DNA of 64,000 nucleotides from positions 1,920,001 to 1,984,000 of the forward strand of contig OZ243938.1 in the NCBI GenBank assembly GCA_965214095.1, read 5' to 3'. The notes beneath the pieces are model-generated. The model saw nothing but the letters and a program-made list of their open reading frames with translations. It was not told the DNA's origin and searched no databases. The DNA is from Candidatus Poribacteria bacterium (GTDB taxonomy: Bacteria; Poribacteria; WGA-4E; WGA-3G). This document shows, in pieces, positions 62,427-64,000 of this stretch (within the stretch, counting starts at the first letter, position 1; the number at the start of each line of letters is the position of its first letter). A program made the translations under genes and the position numbers.

Positions 62427-62876
62427 TTGTTGGAGGAATGCACTTTGAGCACAGTGAAATATACAACAACACATGAATGGATTGAAGTTATTGACACAGA
62501 AGGAACTGTCGGATTAACCGAGCGCGCCAAACTTATATACGGTGAGATTATTTATATTGATGTTTCCGCTGAACTTGAATGCGAACAAGGAGAAATTATT
62601 GGCAGAATTGAAACAGAAACCGGTGGTAACTTTTATTTATATGCCCCCGTTGCTGGAGAAATCTACGAAATTAATCCAGCAATTGAAGATGATATTGATA
62701 TTGTCAACAGTGTACCAGAAGGCGATGGTTGGATATGTAAAATGAATATTGACAATCCAAATGAGCTTGATTCATTGATGGAATTAGAAGACTATGAAGA
62801 CTATGAAGAAGAGGAAATTAACGAAGATGAGTATTTACCCGAAACGGATTTCTTTGAGGATATAGACGACTATTGA
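62427..62876 (+). CDS. GcvH-like protein apparently lacking the lipoyl-lysine
   Basis: YT..HEWI, VGLT, APVAGEI.EIN, P..DGWI; IETETG in place of ESVKA; acidic tail. Confidence 0.75.
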   Translation: MLEECTLSTVKYTTTHEWIEVIDTEGTVGLTERAKLIYGEIIYIDVSAELECEQGEIIGRIETETGGNFYLYAPVAGEIYEINPAIEDDIDIVNSVPEGDGWICKMNIDNPNELDSLMELEDYEDYEEEEINEDEYLPETDFFEDIDDY

Positions 62877-63805
62877 TCGTCACTGGAGGTAATAAAGACC
62901 CGTCGGATCAGACGCAACTTTGGAACAGGGATTATATTTTCAACTTTATATCCTAAATCCTCCAGTTGTTGAGATAGATCACGAGTATCAATAAATGCTG
63001 CTTTTGGGGAGCATGTTCGTAGGTTAGTAAGGATTTCTGCAGTTGCGACAGTGTCCTTAACAAGACTTATACCGTAAGGTAAATCTGTGGCAACTGCATC
63101 AAATTTGCCATCTATAATTCGTGCGTCTTCTAATCGGACATCAGCCTTGAGGCCATAATGCTGAAGGTTTTTCGTTGTAGCACCTATCATGCGCGGATTG
63201 ATATCCGTACCTGTTGCCCGAATGCCGTAATGGGCTGCAGACATTACGATTGTTCCTGTACCGCAACATGGATCCAGAATATGTTCTCCGGGTGAAGCAA
63301 CCAAATTGACAAGGGTAAGGGCTAACCTTGCAGGAAGTGAACTGGAAGTGACATAGGGTCGTTGATTAAATTCTTGCCACATTCCATCAGATTCTGAGAG
63401 GACACGGCCGAACCATATTTTATCTGAAGTTACAACGGTAAGAAAGACAATTTTCGGAGATGAAAGGTTCGGTTTGCCTCCGATGAAGCTGCCAATTTTT
63501 CGTGCCAATGCCATTGAGTCAACATCAAGAGAACGGGGTTTTTTCACTACAGAGACCCGAAAATCATCCGCATATAAATCAGCGGAACGGAGATACACAC
63601 AGAGTTCGTTGATGCTTGTAGTTTCAGATAGGATTTCGGTGCAATTTTTAAGGTGAGCACCCCGTCGTGCATCCACACATATATCTGATATTGTTATGCC
63701 GTGTGCATCCGGTGCAGCACCTGTCAACGCAACTGACTCAGCAGAAACCAGTTCTGATTGTTGAAACGGAATTGCCATGAGGTAAAGGTATTTCTTAGTT
63801 GACAT
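62870..63805 (-). CDS. SAM-dependent RNA methyltransferase (Trm11/THUMP-like)
   Basis: LDPCCGTG, TDLPYG. Confidence 0.75.
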   Translation of the reverse strand: MSTKKYLYLMAIPFQQSELVSAESVALTGAAPDAHGITISDICVDARRGAHLKNCTEILSETTSINELCVYLRSADLYADDFRVSVVKKPRSLDVDSMALARKIGSFIGGKPNLSSPKIVFLTVVTSDKIWFGRVLSESDGMWQEFNQRPYVTSSSLPARLALTLVNLVASPGEHILDPCCGTGTIVMSAAHYGIRATGTDINPRMIGATTKNLQHYGLKADVRLEDARIIDGKFDAVATDLPYGISLVKDTVATAEILTNLRTCSPKAAFIDTRDLSQQLEDLGYKVENIIPVPKLRLIRRVFITSSDDQ

Positions 63806-63858
63806 TAGTTTATGATACCACAAACAAATAAAAACAACAATAATAGTAGGAGAACAGA

Positions 63859-64000
63859 ATGACAGAAACAGAGATAATTAGAATTGGACATAGTCCAGAT
63901 TCTGATGATGCCTTCATGTTTTACGCACTTGCGAAGGGACATATTGAGGCAGCACCGTATAAGATTGTGCATGTGATTGAAGACATAGAGACATTGAATA
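63859..64000 (+). CDS. MqnD-like (MqnA/MqnD family) protein, N-terminus only
   Basis: AGGAG RBS; hand translation IRIGHSPDSDDAFMFYAL...DIETLN. Confidence 0.8.
   Translation, partial: MTETEIIRIGHSPDSDDAFMFYALAKGHIEAAPYKIVHVIEDIETLN

Overview
64-kb bacterial chromosomal window, AT-rich. The gene repertoire (trypsin-TPR, PhyH, PA14, CARDB proteins, a C-terminal KLxxWGxIK motif) suggests Ca. Poribacteria; this is an inference. A housekeeping backbone (gcvT, pnp-rpsO, argF, thrC, holA, ftsH-folP-acpS, yigZ) carries four accessory layers. (1) A non-autonomous IS200/IS605-type element at 11295-12560 encoding an HNH-less IsrB OMEGA nickase with a ~200-nt omegaRNA. It sits between the RBS and the start of phyH, with an apparent 5-bp duplication that restores the RBS. 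(2) A czcCBA-like efflux operon with an unusually long adaptor. (3) A ~16-kb defence island: a type I R-M operon (hsdM-hsdS-hsdR-ygjP) interleaved with an Avs-like nuclease-STAND gene, a hicA toxin whose HicB antitoxin is fused to a ~400-aa extra region, an orphan gene under a palindromic operator, and a divergent DUF932-like gene. (4) Many intergenic miniature elements in which different terminal-inverted-repeat envelopes carry different REP-like palindromes, including a three-layer nested case. No rRNA, tRNA or CRISPR array was recognised. All family calls come from motif recognition by eye; no database searches were run.
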